DNA from: Candidatus Latescibacterota bacterium
GTDB taxonomy: Bacteria > Latescibacterota > UBA2968
Reading direction: 5' to 3'
Assembly (NCBI GenBank): GCA_965207885.1
Contig: OZ242311.1
Span: 2,176,001-2,240,000, forward strand
DNA: 64,000 nt
Each line of letters opens with the position of its first letter. Position 1 is the stretch's first letter. The notes beneath the pieces are model-generated. The model searched no databases and was not told where the DNA came from. It saw only the letters and a list, made by a program, of their open reading frames with translations. This document shows positions 38,178-46,931 of this stretch, piece by piece. The translations under genes and the position numbers were made by a program.

Positions 38178-39236
38178 TTGACTGTTATGGCACTGACTGC
38201 CACTACTTTGGAAGAGACCTATCAACAGATGGCCGAGCGATTAGAGGGCATTGTCCCCGATATCGAATTGCGCTACAAAGCCGAATTGGCTTACGAAATC
38301 AATAAGCTAAAAAAAGAGCGCGGGGCCATTATCCTCGGGCATAATTACATGGAGCCAGCACTTTATCACTCTGTGCCAGATGTCGTGGGCGATTCGCTCG
38401 AGTTATCGCGTAAAGCCGCAGAAACCGACGCCGATCCCATTGTTTTTTGCGGCGTGCGCTTTATGGCCGAGACCGCAAAAATTCTCAATCCCGACAAAAC
38501 CGTGCTCTTACCTGCGCGCGTTGCGGGCTGTTCACTCGCCGCGAGCATTACCGCAGAAGATGTTCGCAATCTGCGCGAACAATATCCGGGCGTTCCCATT
38601 GTCACGTATATCAACACTTATGCCGATGTCAAAGCCGAATGCGATATTTGCTGTACATCGGGCAATGCCCACAAAGTCGTCGAATCGCTCGATTCGGATA
38701 CCGTGATCTTTTTGCCCGACGAATATTTAGCCGCCAATGTGGCGCAAGAGACCGATAAGCGCATTATTTTTCCCACAATAACGGGATTTTCCGATCCCAA
38801 ACCCGGTCTTGAATACGAAATGATCGGCTGGCATGGCAGGTGTGAGGTGCACGAGCAATTTACCGTTCAAGATATTGAAGATGTGCGCGTGCAGTTTCCA
38901 GATGTCGTTGTTCTCTCCCACCCGGAATGCAGTCCTGAAGTGGTCGCTGCGTCCGATTTTTCGGGCAGTACCTCTCGCATGGTCGATTATGTGCGCGAAA
39001 TGGATGCCGAGCGGTATTTGCTGCTCACAGAATGCAGCATGGGCGACAATATCGCAGCGGAAAACCCGGATAAAGAAATGGTTGGCCTGTGCAGCATTCG
39101 CTGTCCACATATGAACGAAATTACACTTGAAGATACGCTCAATGCACTCGAATATAACGAGCAAATCATCGAAGTGCCCGAAGATATCCGCGTGCGCGCA
39201 TTAAAGGCTGTGGAACGCATGCTGGAGATTGTATGA
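38178..39236 (+). CDS. nadA: Quinolinate synthase
   Basis: ILGHNYM, FCGVRFMAETAKILNP, GCSLA, CEVH, HPEC, CPHM; RBS AGGAG (start may be ATG 38187). Confidence 0.96.
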   Translation: MTVMALTATTLEETYQQMAERLEGIVPDIELRYKAELAYEINKLKKERGAIILGHNYMEPALYHSVPDVVGDSLELSRKAAETDADPIVFCGVRFMAETAKILNPDKTVLLPARVAGCSLAASITAEDVRNLREQYPGVPIVTYINTYADVKAECDICCTSGNAHKVVESLDSDTVIFLPDEYLAANVAQETDKRIIFPTITGFSDPKPGLEYEMIGWHGRCEVHEQFTVQDIEDVRVQFPDVVVLSHPECSPEVVAASDFSGSTSRMVDYVREMDAERYLLLTECSMGDNIAAENPDKEMVGLCSIRCPHMNEITLEDTLNALEYNEQIIEVPEDIRVRALKAVERMLEIV

Positions 39237-39265
39237 TCGCTTTAAAAACACAGTTACGCGATACC

Positions 39266-39293
39266 AAAGGCCCGGTAGATTCCGGGCCTTTTT
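39266..39293. terminator. Bidirectional intrinsic terminator
   Basis: AAAGGCCCGG-tagatt-CCGGGCCTTTTT. Confidence 0.8.
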
Positions 39294-39344
39294 GCATTTC
39301 GATATTGAGTATCAGACCTGTGTGTTTTTGGTCAATGTCCAATC

Positions 39345-40676
39345 TCACTCACCATCGTAAACTTCTGCTTGGAACAGATTGTTTTGAAAATCGAGGTACT
39401 GATCTTTTGTCATCTCTGGTTTGTAATTTGCAAGCACGGCTTTTGCCTCTGTAGCGCGGTCGTAAAGCAGATCTACTGCTATCATAGACAGTGATTTTGC
39501 CGGTTCTACATATCCCATCTCTTTATCGGAAATATGCCACTCGACGCTGTGTCCCGGTCCCGAAGCCCCCGACATATAGGGATGAATCGCGGGCATAATG
39601 CAGGATATATCGCCCATATCAGTTGAGCCGGTTCTGTGGCCAACTGTACAAAATTCATCTTCTCCAAAACGCGCTCTGGCATTTTTTCCATAGAGTGCCT
39701 GCAAATCCGCATTGTTTTTTAATGGCATATATCCCGGTAGTGTTTCTATTTCTACTGTTGCGCCAAGTGCCATTGCGCCGGCTCGAAGTGCGCGATCTAC
39801 TTTCATACTGGCATCGAGAATCGCTTCTGCGGTGCGTCCTCGAACATAAGTTTCCATACAAACTTCGTCGGGGATGACATTGACCAACTCTCCGCCTTTG
39901 GTGATGATGGGATGCACTCGAACAGAATCGTGATCCTGGAATGTTTCGCGCTGTGCATTGATGGCATTCAGTGCAATTTGAGCGGCATTCAGTGCATTGA
40001 TGCCCCGATGAGGTGCGCCTCCCGCATGCGCGGCTTTGCCCACAAACCGAATCATCTTTGCTACAAATCCGTTAGACGAGGCGGAAGCCGCGGCTTTGGT
40101 CAATGATTCATCGCTATGTGTATGAATCATAATCGCCATATCGATATCGTCAAAATGCCCGTGCTTGATCAATTCGGGTTTGCCACCCAGAAAGCTCAAT
40201 TTCCCAGATTTCACCAGATTCAAACGGTATTCAACCTCTACAAATTCCTCTGCGGGCACGGCGAAAAAGACGACTCTTCCCGCCAAATCATCAACTACGC
40301 GCGCATCTACCATGCCCATCATTGCGCCCATTAATCCCGCGATCTGTGCATTGTGACCACAAGCATGTGCCGCTCCCGTATCGAGATTGGCATTGGGATG
40401 TCCGGAAACCAGGAGCGAGTCGAGTTCGCCAATTAGTGCAACGGTTGGCCCCGGCTTACTTCCCTGCAACACGCCTTTTACACCTGTAATTGCCAGCTCG
40501 GTTTCACACGGTACGCCAAATTCGTCCATTGTTTGCGATACCAACTTTGCTGTCTCAAATTCTTTAAATCCCAACTCGGGATTTAACATAATGTGATCGC
40601 CAATGCGACAAATCTGATCTCGACGTCGATCAATGGCTTCACAAACGCGCTTCTTGAGTTCGGCTTTTGTGGGCAT
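39345..40676 (-). CDS. Peptidase M20D-family amidohydrolase
   Basis: NPELGFKE, HACGHN, PAEE, GKAAHAG, GSTDMGD. Confidence 0.9.
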   Translation of the reverse strand: MPTKAELKKRVCEAIDRRRDQICRIGDHIMLNPELGFKEFETAKLVSQTMDEFGVPCETELAITGVKGVLQGSKPGPTVALIGELDSLLVSGHPNANLDTGAAHACGHNAQIAGLMGAMMGMVDARVVDDLAGRVVFFAVPAEEFVEVEYRLNLVKSGKLSFLGGKPELIKHGHFDDIDMAIMIHTHSDESLTKAAASASSNGFVAKMIRFVGKAAHAGGAPHRGINALNAAQIALNAINAQRETFQDHDSVRVHPIITKGGELVNVIPDEVCMETYVRGRTAEAILDASMKVDRALRAGAMALGATVEIETLPGYMPLKNNADLQALYGKNARARFGEDEFCTVGHRTGSTDMGDISCIMPAIHPYMSGASGPGHSVEWHISDKEMGYVEPAKSLSMIAVDLLYDRATEAKAVLANYKPEMTKDQYLDFQNNLFQAEVYDGE

Positions 40677-40703
40677 AAATTCCTCCGATTATTTTTTATT
40701 TTT

Positions 40704-41747
40704 TTACCTGATTTTTAATAATAATATCAGCAAAAGAGGCGTTACAATGGCTTGTAAAAGTGTAAATCTGACCAGTACCTGTGTATTGGACCAGCCCCAT
40801 TTTTGACGGACGTGATCGTGCAGGGGATAACGCACTTGTTTGAAAATGCCGATTTTAAAAAAGCGCAATAAAGCGACTTTCAGAAGGCCTGTTGCGCCAT
40901 TGACCAGCACGACTCCGGCTACTACAATAATCAAAAACGGATTCCCACACGCCAGGACCAGCATGCCGAGTAATAAGCCCAGAGGGCGAGATCCGGCATC
41001 GCCCATCAACACGGCACTCGGATTGGCATTGTGCCATAAATAGCCCACCAGACAACCCGTCATGACAAAAGCCATTACCGCCCAATTGGCCGCCTCTTTG
41101 TAGTGCGGTACAAGTAGATATTGGGCGATATCCCTATGTCCTACAATAACGTACAGCGCGCCACCCAAAAAAATGAATGCCAGCATGCACAAACTGCCCG
41201 ATAGGCCATCCACACCGTCTGTGCAGTTTGTGGCGTTAATAGTCATCCACAACAAGCATGTAGCAATGGGGATATAAATCCAGGGTGGCACAATAACCGA
41301 CGTCTTAATTAGCGGTAGCCACACTTCGACTGCTGCCATCTGGCACACGACCATAGCACCTAAAATGGAGATGACCAGATCGAACAACCCCATGCGGTAT
41401 TCACTCCATTCATAGCGGTCATCGAAAAATCCCACCAGCATTGCCAGGAATAGGCATCCCAAAGCAGCCAGATATCGCGTTCCAAGTGGTACAAATAAAA
41501 ATCCGACAATAATAAAAACAGAAATGAAAATAACGCCTGCCCCTGCGGGCTTGCCCTTATTTTGTGCGGCGCCAACAGCGTGAGCACGCCCCTGGTCACG
41601 CGGTAATCGGTGCCACAATTTGGGTAAAATTCTCCAGGTTAACACGCAGGCGAGTGCGGTACCTGCACCAACCAAAAATAGATAAGAAGTGAAGAGGCGA
41701 AATGGCCCATAGATGTCCAACAATTGCTCACCCAGCCAGTAGAGCAC
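40704..41747 (-). CDS. mraY: MraY-like phospho-N-acetylmuramoyl-pentapeptide transferase (stand-alone paralogue)
   Basis: MLYWL N-terminus, GFFDD, NATNCTDGVDGL, MGDAGS, PLHDH; many TM helices. Confidence 0.75.
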   Translation of the reverse strand: MLYWLGEQLLDIYGPFRLFTSYLFLVGAGTALACVLTWRILPKLWHRLPRDQGRAHAVGAAQNKGKPAGAGVIFISVFIIVGFLFVPLGTRYLAALGCLFLAMLVGFFDDRYEWSEYRMGLFDLVISILGAMVVCQMAAVEVWLPLIKTSVIVPPWIYIPIATCLLWMTINATNCTDGVDGLSGSLCMLAFIFLGGALYVIVGHRDIAQYLLVPHYKEAANWAVMAFVMTGCLVGYLWHNANPSAVLMGDAGSRPLGLLLGMLVLACGNPFLIIVVAGVVLVNGATGLLKVALLRFFKIGIFKQVRYPLHDHVRQKWGWSNTQVLVRFTLLQAIVTPLLLILLLKIR

Positions 41748-41886
41748 AGCGCAAACTCCCGTGTGATATGATTTGAAAAATGAAACAAATCAGGACCAAT
41801 GTAAGGTCTCTATCATTAAAGGGCAAGTCTGAACTCATAGCCGATTCCTTTGTGGGCGGTCATTTACTTATTTTAAAAGAAAAACC

Positions 41887-41915
41887 TTGACGCGAAAACA
41901 CAGACTTTCTATTTT
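41887..41915 (+). promoter_or_regulatory. Sigma70-like promoter for the His-leader transcript
   Basis: TTGACG-17 bp-TATTTT, 9 bp before the leader ATG. Confidence 0.55.
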
Positions 41916-41924
41916 GTAATTACT

Positions 41925-42074
41925 ATGAACGCATTGATCAACAACCCGGTTACTTTTACTAATCCAAACACAGTTTTGGCCGGGAATGCGTTTGCCCGTA
42001 CCGCTCAGCACCATACTCATCATGCTACGTCTGCGACTTTTTGCACGATGCGCTCGGCGGTGGATATGTCATAA
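41925..42074 (+). CDS. Histidine attenuator leader peptide (49 aa)
   Basis: MNALINNPVTFTNPNTVLAGNAFARTAQHHTHHATSATFCTMRSAVDMS; His codons CAC CAT act CAT CAT at 42009-42023; upstream of a terminator and of hisI. Confidence 0.8.
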   Translation: MNALINNPVTFTNPNTVLAGNAFARTAQHHTHHATSATFCTMRSAVDMS

Positions 42075-42130
42075 TAGTTGTCCAATGAAATGAACAAGCC
42101 CGCTGTCGAGAGACAGTGGGCTTTTTTTTT
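42053..42130 (+). terminator. Attenuator: antiterminator/terminator pair
   Basis: Terminator GCCCGCTGTC-gaga-GACAGTGGGC-T9 (42098-42130). CTCGGCGGTGG (42053-42063) can pair over 11 nt (with G-U) with CCGCTGTCGAG (42100-42110), which excludes the terminator. Confidence 0.85.
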
Positions 42131-42136
42131 AGGAGA

Positions 42137-42865
42137 ATGACCGTGACACACAATGACGATGCTTATGGACGCATGATGTGGGACTATCATCGCGGCATGC
42201 CCGCAGAGGAAATATCAGAACGAGAAGATGGATATATAACTTCCGGTACTTCCAGTGCTTATTTCAATCCACATAGCGACTGGCCCCTGCATCAACGGGA
42301 ATCGATGAATTATGTTCGTGGACGCGTTCTCGACATTGGTTGCGGTCCCGGGCGTCATGCCATCTACCTTCAGGAAGAAGGTTTTGATGTTTTGGGCATT
42401 GACACTTCTCCTCTTGCGATCAAGGTGGCGAAAGAACGCGGTCTTAAAAAAGCCAGGGTTTTGAGTGTAACACAAATTTCATCGCGGCTCGGTCAGTTTG
42501 ATACCCTGCTCATGATGGGCAATAATTTCGGTCTTTTTGGCAATCTGAAACGCGCCCGATGGCTTTTGCGAAAGATGCGTAATATGACATCTTCCGATGC
42601 GAGGATTATCGCTGAATCCGCAGATCCTTATAGCACGACGAGAAAAGCACATCTGGATTATCACAAATTGAATCGCGAGCGAGGCAAGTTCTCGTGTCAG
42701 CTCAAAATTCGCATTCGATATGAACACTATATCGGCGCTTGGTTTGAATACCTCAAAGTATCTCGAAAAGAGATGGCATTTATTCTCGAAGGCACTGGTT
42801 GGCAAATTTCGCGATTTATTCCGGAAACGGGGAGTGTTTATGTCGCGGTTATTGAGAAAAATTGA
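42137..42865 (+). CDS. Class I SAM-dependent methyltransferase
   Basis: [27 protein letters not shown]; RBS AGGAG right after the terminator U-run (start ATG 42137 or GTG 42143). Confidence 0.88.
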   Translation: MTVTHNDDAYGRMMWDYHRGMPAEEISEREDGYITSGTSSAYFNPHSDWPLHQRESMNYVRGRVLDIGCGPGRHAIYLQEEGFDVLGIDTSPLAIKVAKERGLKKARVLSVTQISSRLGQFDTLLMMGNNFGLFGNLKRARWLLRKMRNMTSSDARIIAESADPYSTTRKAHLDYHKLNRERGKFSCQLKIRIRYEHYIGAWFEYLKVSRKEMAFILEGTGWQISRFIPETGSVYVAVIEKN

Positions 42866-42886
42866 AGGCAAGCGGAGGAAATAGTT

Positions 42887-43315
42887 ATGTCTATTGATTA
42901 TCAACTCGAAGAAGGGACGGATATCCATCTCGATTTTGAAAAGCTTCGAAAGGTTGCACAGGCCGATCATCCCGTCATTCCCGTTGCTGTGCAGGATGTG
43001 GATAGCAAAGCCGTTCTCTTGATCGGCTATGTCAATAAACAGGCGCTTGACTACGCGCTTGAACACCGCGTGGCAACATTCTGGAGTACATCGCGCAATG
43101 AACTCTGGATTAAAGGGGCTACGTCTGGCGATATGCTCGAACTGGTCGATGTGCGCATCAACTGCGAGCAAAATTCACTGCTTTATCTCGTGCGTCTCAA
43201 AGGCGATGGATCGTGTCATACGAAAGAAGATGGACGAGCGCGTTACGGCTGTTATTACCGCAGTATCGACAGTGGGAAATTGGTATTTGTAAACCCCAAA
43301 ACTATACCGGAGTAA
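42887..43315 (+). CDS. hisI: Phosphoribosyl-AMP cyclohydrolase
   Basis: FWSTSRNELWIKGATSG, INCEQNSL, SCHT, CYYR. Confidence 0.93.
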   Translation: MSIDYQLEEGTDIHLDFEKLRKVAQADHPVIPVAVQDVDSKAVLLIGYVNKQALDYALEHRVATFWSTSRNELWIKGATSGDMLELVDVRINCEQNSLLYLVRLKGDGSCHTKEDGRARYGCYYRSIDSGKLVFVNPKTIPE

Positions 43316-43321
43316 TGAGTT

Positions 43322-43822
43322 ATGTCATTACAGGTTGTAAATCGAATCCACGCAGATCAATGGCGAATACTCAGGGATGTGCGTCTTCGCGCACTTGAAG
43401 AAGCGCCTTACGCTTTTAGTACAACCTTGGCAGAAGGCGAAAAAAGAACTAATAGAGACTGGCAGGATATGGCGAGGGACCATGCTACTCTGTCGGATCG
43501 CGCATATTTTATGGCTTATGTTGGGGATAATCCCTGTGGAATGGCGGGGTGTTATCGCAGGGCATCAGACGCAGTAGTGCTCACCGCGATGTGGGTCGCA
43601 CCCGAATTTAGGGGACAAAATATCGGTGAGCAGATTGTGGGCGCTGTCATAGAATGGGCGCGAGAGGGTGGAGCCACCCTGCTCGAAGCCTGGGTCAGTG
43701 AAGATAATCCTGCGCGATTTTTTTATCAAAAAATCGGGTTTGAAGAGACCCGTTTAACCGAACCGCTTCGCTCAGATTCCAAAATTCAGATCATTTTGAT
43801 CAGGCGCAATATTGCACCCTGA
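43322..43822 (+). CDS. GNAT N-acetyltransferase
   Basis: RLRALEEAPYAF, MWVAPEFRGQNIG, FYQKIGF. Confidence 0.9.
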   Translation: MSLQVVNRIHADQWRILRDVRLRALEEAPYAFSTTLAEGEKRTNRDWQDMARDHATLSDRAYFMAYVGDNPCGMAGCYRRASDAVVLTAMWVAPEFRGQNIGEQIVGAVIEWAREGGATLLEAWVSEDNPARFFYQKIGFEETRLTEPLRSDSKIQIILIRRNIAP

Positions 43823-43830
43823 AATCCGGG

Positions 43831-43859
43831 TTGATTCACAATCTACTCAATACTATATT
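43831..43859 (+). promoter_or_regulatory. Sigma70-like promoter upstream of prs
   Basis: TTGATT-17 bp-TATATT. Confidence 0.5.
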
Positions 43860-43934
43860 GCTCACATGATAAATGGTGTACAAATGCGATTGATTAAGAT
43901 AAATCAGAGCACTCGACGACAGGAGGGAGAAAAC

Positions 43935-44909
43935 GTGGGTTACGATCTCAAAGTTTTTTCGGGTAATACCAATCGACCATTGGCCGAAGATATTTGCAAT
44001 ATTCTCGACACTCGGCTTGCCGAAGCCACTGTGAGCCGTTTTTCCGGCGGCGAAACACATGTGCAAATTGATGAAAACGTGCGCGGTTGCGATGTTTTTA
44101 TTGTTCAACCTATTTGTGAAAATGAAGAAGAAGGCATCTCGCCCAATGACGCCTTGATGGAACTGCTCATTTTGGTCGATGCTGCGCGACGCGCCTCTGC
44201 CCGACGCATCACGGCGGTTGTGCCCTATTATGGCTATGCACGGCAGGATCGCAAAGACCGCCCCCGCGTGCCTATCACAGCCAAACTGGTCGCCAATATG
44301 ATTTATACCGCTGGGGCGCGGCGGGTTTTAACCCTGGACTTGCACGCCAATCAGATCCAGGGGTTTTTTGACATACCCGTTGACCACCTCTATTCCATTA
44401 ACATTTTAGGTGAGTACTTCAGGCTGAAAAATCTCAAAAATCTCGTTGTTATCGCCCCCGATGTCGGCGGCATAAAAATGGCACGCGCGTATGCCGAACT
44501 GCTCGGTGCGTCGTTAGCTATTGTAGATAAACGCCGCTGGAGCGGTCAAAAAACCGAAGTCCTGAACGTTATTGGTGAGGTGAAAGACAAAAATATCGTC
44601 ATTGTTGATGACATTATCTCTACGGGGAGTTCCCTCATCGAAGCTGCCTCTGCACTCAAAGACAAAGGCGCGCGCGATATATGTGCCACCATTGTCCACC
44701 CGGTGCTGGCAGATCCCGCCGTTGAGCGCGTGCAAAATTCTGTGCTTACAGAGCTTGTCGTTTCCAATTCCATTCCCGTGCCCAAACGCGCCCAAAATGG
44801 CAAGATCAAAATTTTATCAGTCGCTCCCATTCTCGCCGAATCCATCCGCCGCATCAACAACGATGAATCCGTCAGCAATCTCTTTGCCAATGCGAGAGTT
44901 GAAGGGTGA
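43935..44909 (+). CDS. prs: Ribose-phosphate pyrophosphokinase
   Basis: PYYGYARQDRK, DLHANQIQGFF, PDVGG, IVDDIISTG; GTG start after AGGAGGGAG. Confidence 0.96.
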   Translation: MGYDLKVFSGNTNRPLAEDICNILDTRLAEATVSRFSGGETHVQIDENVRGCDVFIVQPICENEEEGISPNDALMELLILVDAARRASARRITAVVPYYGYARQDRKDRPRVPITAKLVANMIYTAGARRVLTLDLHANQIQGFFDIPVDHLYSINILGEYFRLKNLKNLVVIAPDVGGIKMARAYAELLGASLAIVDKRRWSGQKTEVLNVIGEVKDKNIVIVDDIISTGSSLIEAASALKDKGARDICATIVHPVLADPAVERVQNSVLTELVVSNSIPVPKRAQNGKIKILSVAPILAESIRRINNDESVSNLFANARVEG

Positions 44910-44944
44910 AATGTACGCGCTGTAAAGGGGTTTGATTTATATAA

Positions 44945-44985
44945 TAAAAACCGACCTGATGATGAGGCCGGTTTTTATTTTTTTT
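44945..44985. terminator. Bidirectional intrinsic terminator
   Basis: TAAAAACCGACCT...AGGCCGGTTTTTA followed by a T-run. Confidence 0.7.
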
Positions 44986-45013
44986 ACGTTACAGTTCTGC
45001 ACTGAAAACGGCG

Positions 45014-45550
45014 TCACGGTTTGCCGATGTTAAAGCCAATCCCCACGGCTGTGCGCAGGGCACTTGCGTCTTCTTGCTCGCCAATGACCCAGCGTACCTC
45101 AAACAAAATTTCCATTCTGCGGTTCAACAATTGTTTTTCCATGCCGACCAGAATAAAGTGAAGCGCAGCCTGGTATTCGTTTTGAAATTCGTTGATGATC
45201 AACCGCTCGCGCCGCACCCGGTTCACTCCCAATCCACCGCCCATATACGCATACGCGGTTCCCGATTTATGCGGCCACAAGTACTTTAGAAAAGCCCCAC
45301 CACCTCTTGCTTGAATCTCGGTACCGTCAAGATCAGATCCGCTGCCCGTTTCAGCACCTATCTCGAGGCGGAGATTGGGCGAAAAGACGGTTGCAATATC
45401 TGCTTGAAGCACAAAGAAATGCCGTGTGTCGTTTGCCTGTACAACGTCTAAACCAACCTTGGTTGCCAGATTGTAGAGCTTAAAACCGGCCTGGGCACTC
45501 GTTGTAAAAAAAATTAAGACCAAAAGTCCGACACCAGCAAAGACCCTCAT
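45014..45550 (-). CDS. Small outer-membrane beta-barrel protein
   Basis: Signal peptide ending AQA; AYMGGGLG and IGFNI terminal strands. Confidence 0.65.
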   Translation of the reverse strand: MRVFAGVGLLVLIFFTTSAQAGFKLYNLATKVGLDVVQANDTRHFFVLQADIATVFSPNLRLEIGAETGSGSDLDGTEIQARGGGAFLKYLWPHKSGTAYAYMGGGLGVNRVRRERLIINEFQNEYQAALHFILVGMEKQLLNRRMEILFEVRWVIGEQEDASALRTAVGIGFNIGKP

Positions 45551-45594
45551 AATAAACTCCTGACAGCACTTTTTGACGGTGCCGGATAAATTTT

Positions 45595-45912
45595 CTATCT
45601 ACACGACGCCAGTGCTAATTGTTTGAGATAAGAATAGGTATAAATTCCCGTATCGTGTCCATCTGTCCACCGAATTTGGATGGCATAATTTCCGACTGGA
45701 ATGACATCCGACAGATCTGCCGATGGCGTTTGATCCACGGTAATCATCTGCAATTGCTCGTCTTGCTTTGTCCGTACGTCTTCACACAATGCACACGGGC
45801 AGGCTTTCCGCACGTCGGATAATCTCACGCGCAAAATTCCATCGTCTGCCCAATCCATTTCGAGCCATCCCCCTGCGCGGTCAACGCGAATACGTTTGGG
45901 TTTTTCTGCCAC
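45595..45912 (-). CDS. DUF971 / GBBH N-terminal-like Zn-binding protein
   Basis: CPCALC, VGNYAIQIRWTDGHDTGIYTYSYL. Confidence 0.88.
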   Translation of the reverse strand: MAEKPKRIRVDRAGGWLEMDWADDGILRVRLSDVRKACPCALCEDVRTKQDEQLQMITVDQTPSADLSDVIPVGNYAIQIRWTDGHDTGIYTYSYLKQLALASCR

Positions 45913-45922
45913 AACCAGCCCC

Positions 45923-46585
45923 CTAACGCTTCAACTGATGCCTTAATCCCAATTCCTGAAGCAAAATACCGTATTGCTCGCGCAGATCGTTTTGCAGAGC
46001 AAAGGCGCGGTTATAGGCGATTGCCGCATCTTCAAAAAAACCCTGGGCTGTCAGGGCACGCCCCATTAAAATATAATTGAGCGCGTAATGGGGCATGCGT
46101 TCTGTGGTCTCACTGGCCATGTCGAGTGCCTGCTCTAATTGTCCCGTTTTTAAGTAAATCCAGCCCAAACCCTGATAGGCTGCGATGACATCGGGATTCA
46201 GGGCAAGCCCCTGCTGATAATATTGCTCTGATAGAATTATATCGCCTATTCGCTGATATAAATATCCAAGCGTGACCAGAGCGCTTGCGTCAGTCGAGTC
46301 CTGGACAGCCAATAGCTGACAGGCGTCAATTGCGCGATCAAAATCTTCCATCCGCAAATAAGCTGATATGAGGAGGCGCAATGCTTGTGTGTGTGCGGAG
46401 TTTTTTTCCAAAATATCGCGCAAGGCGACAGCAGCAGCACCGGTATTGCCAGCTTCCAGCGAATCGACAACACTTTTCAATGCGGGGTCGAGAACCATCG
46501 ATTCACTGCTTTCAAACACCTCTTGAGCACTGGAAATCTCTGCACCCAAAAGCATAACGACGATTATTCCCAGTCGCAATATCAT
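45923..46585 (-). CDS. Exported tetratricopeptide repeat protein
   Basis: Signal peptide; repeated LG.LY...G...A...Y..AL...P units. Confidence 0.85.
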   Translation of the reverse strand: MILRLGIIVVMLLGAEISSAQEVFESSESMVLDPALKSVVDSLEAGNTGAAAVALRDILEKNSAHTQALRLLISAYLRMEDFDRAIDACQLLAVQDSTDASALVTLGYLYQRIGDIILSEQYYQQGLALNPDVIAAYQGLGWIYLKTGQLEQALDMASETTERMPHYALNYILMGRALTAQGFFEDAAIAYNRAFALQNDLREQYGILLQELGLRHQLKR

Positions 46586-46607
46586 ATATTTTTCCTGACA
46601 ATACCCT

Positions 46608-46901
46608 CTATAAATACAAGGGGCGTCCTGTGTAGGGCCATTGATCGGATGACTTTGGCAAACTCAGTCGAGTCGTCGAAGTTGCATCCCATACAAGGGG
46701 ATCGACTATGGGGTAATCAGTAGAGGCGTGTGGCAAAATTGCACGATGTAATCGCTGGCTTTGGCGTATAGAAAGGCCCGGCTCGTAAATTTCAATGGCC
46801 GGGCGATTGCACCACATCACAAGAACAAGGTCCGGATCAATCTCTATTCGCTGACAAATCAATTTGAGTATCAGATAAGCACCTGCCATAAATTTGGTCA
46901 T
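46608..46901 (-). CDS. Hypothetical protein or gene remnant
   Basis: AAAAGGA RBS before the ATG, co-oriented and fills the gap; no motif recognised. Confidence 0.3.
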   Translation of the reverse strand: MTKFMAGAYLILKLICQRIEIDPDLVLVMWCNRPAIEIYEPGLSIRQSQRLHRAILPHASTDYPIVDPLVWDATSTTRLSLPKSSDQWPYTGRPLYL

Positions 46902-46931
46902 AGAGTCCTTTTCTATTTTTTGCTTTGATCG

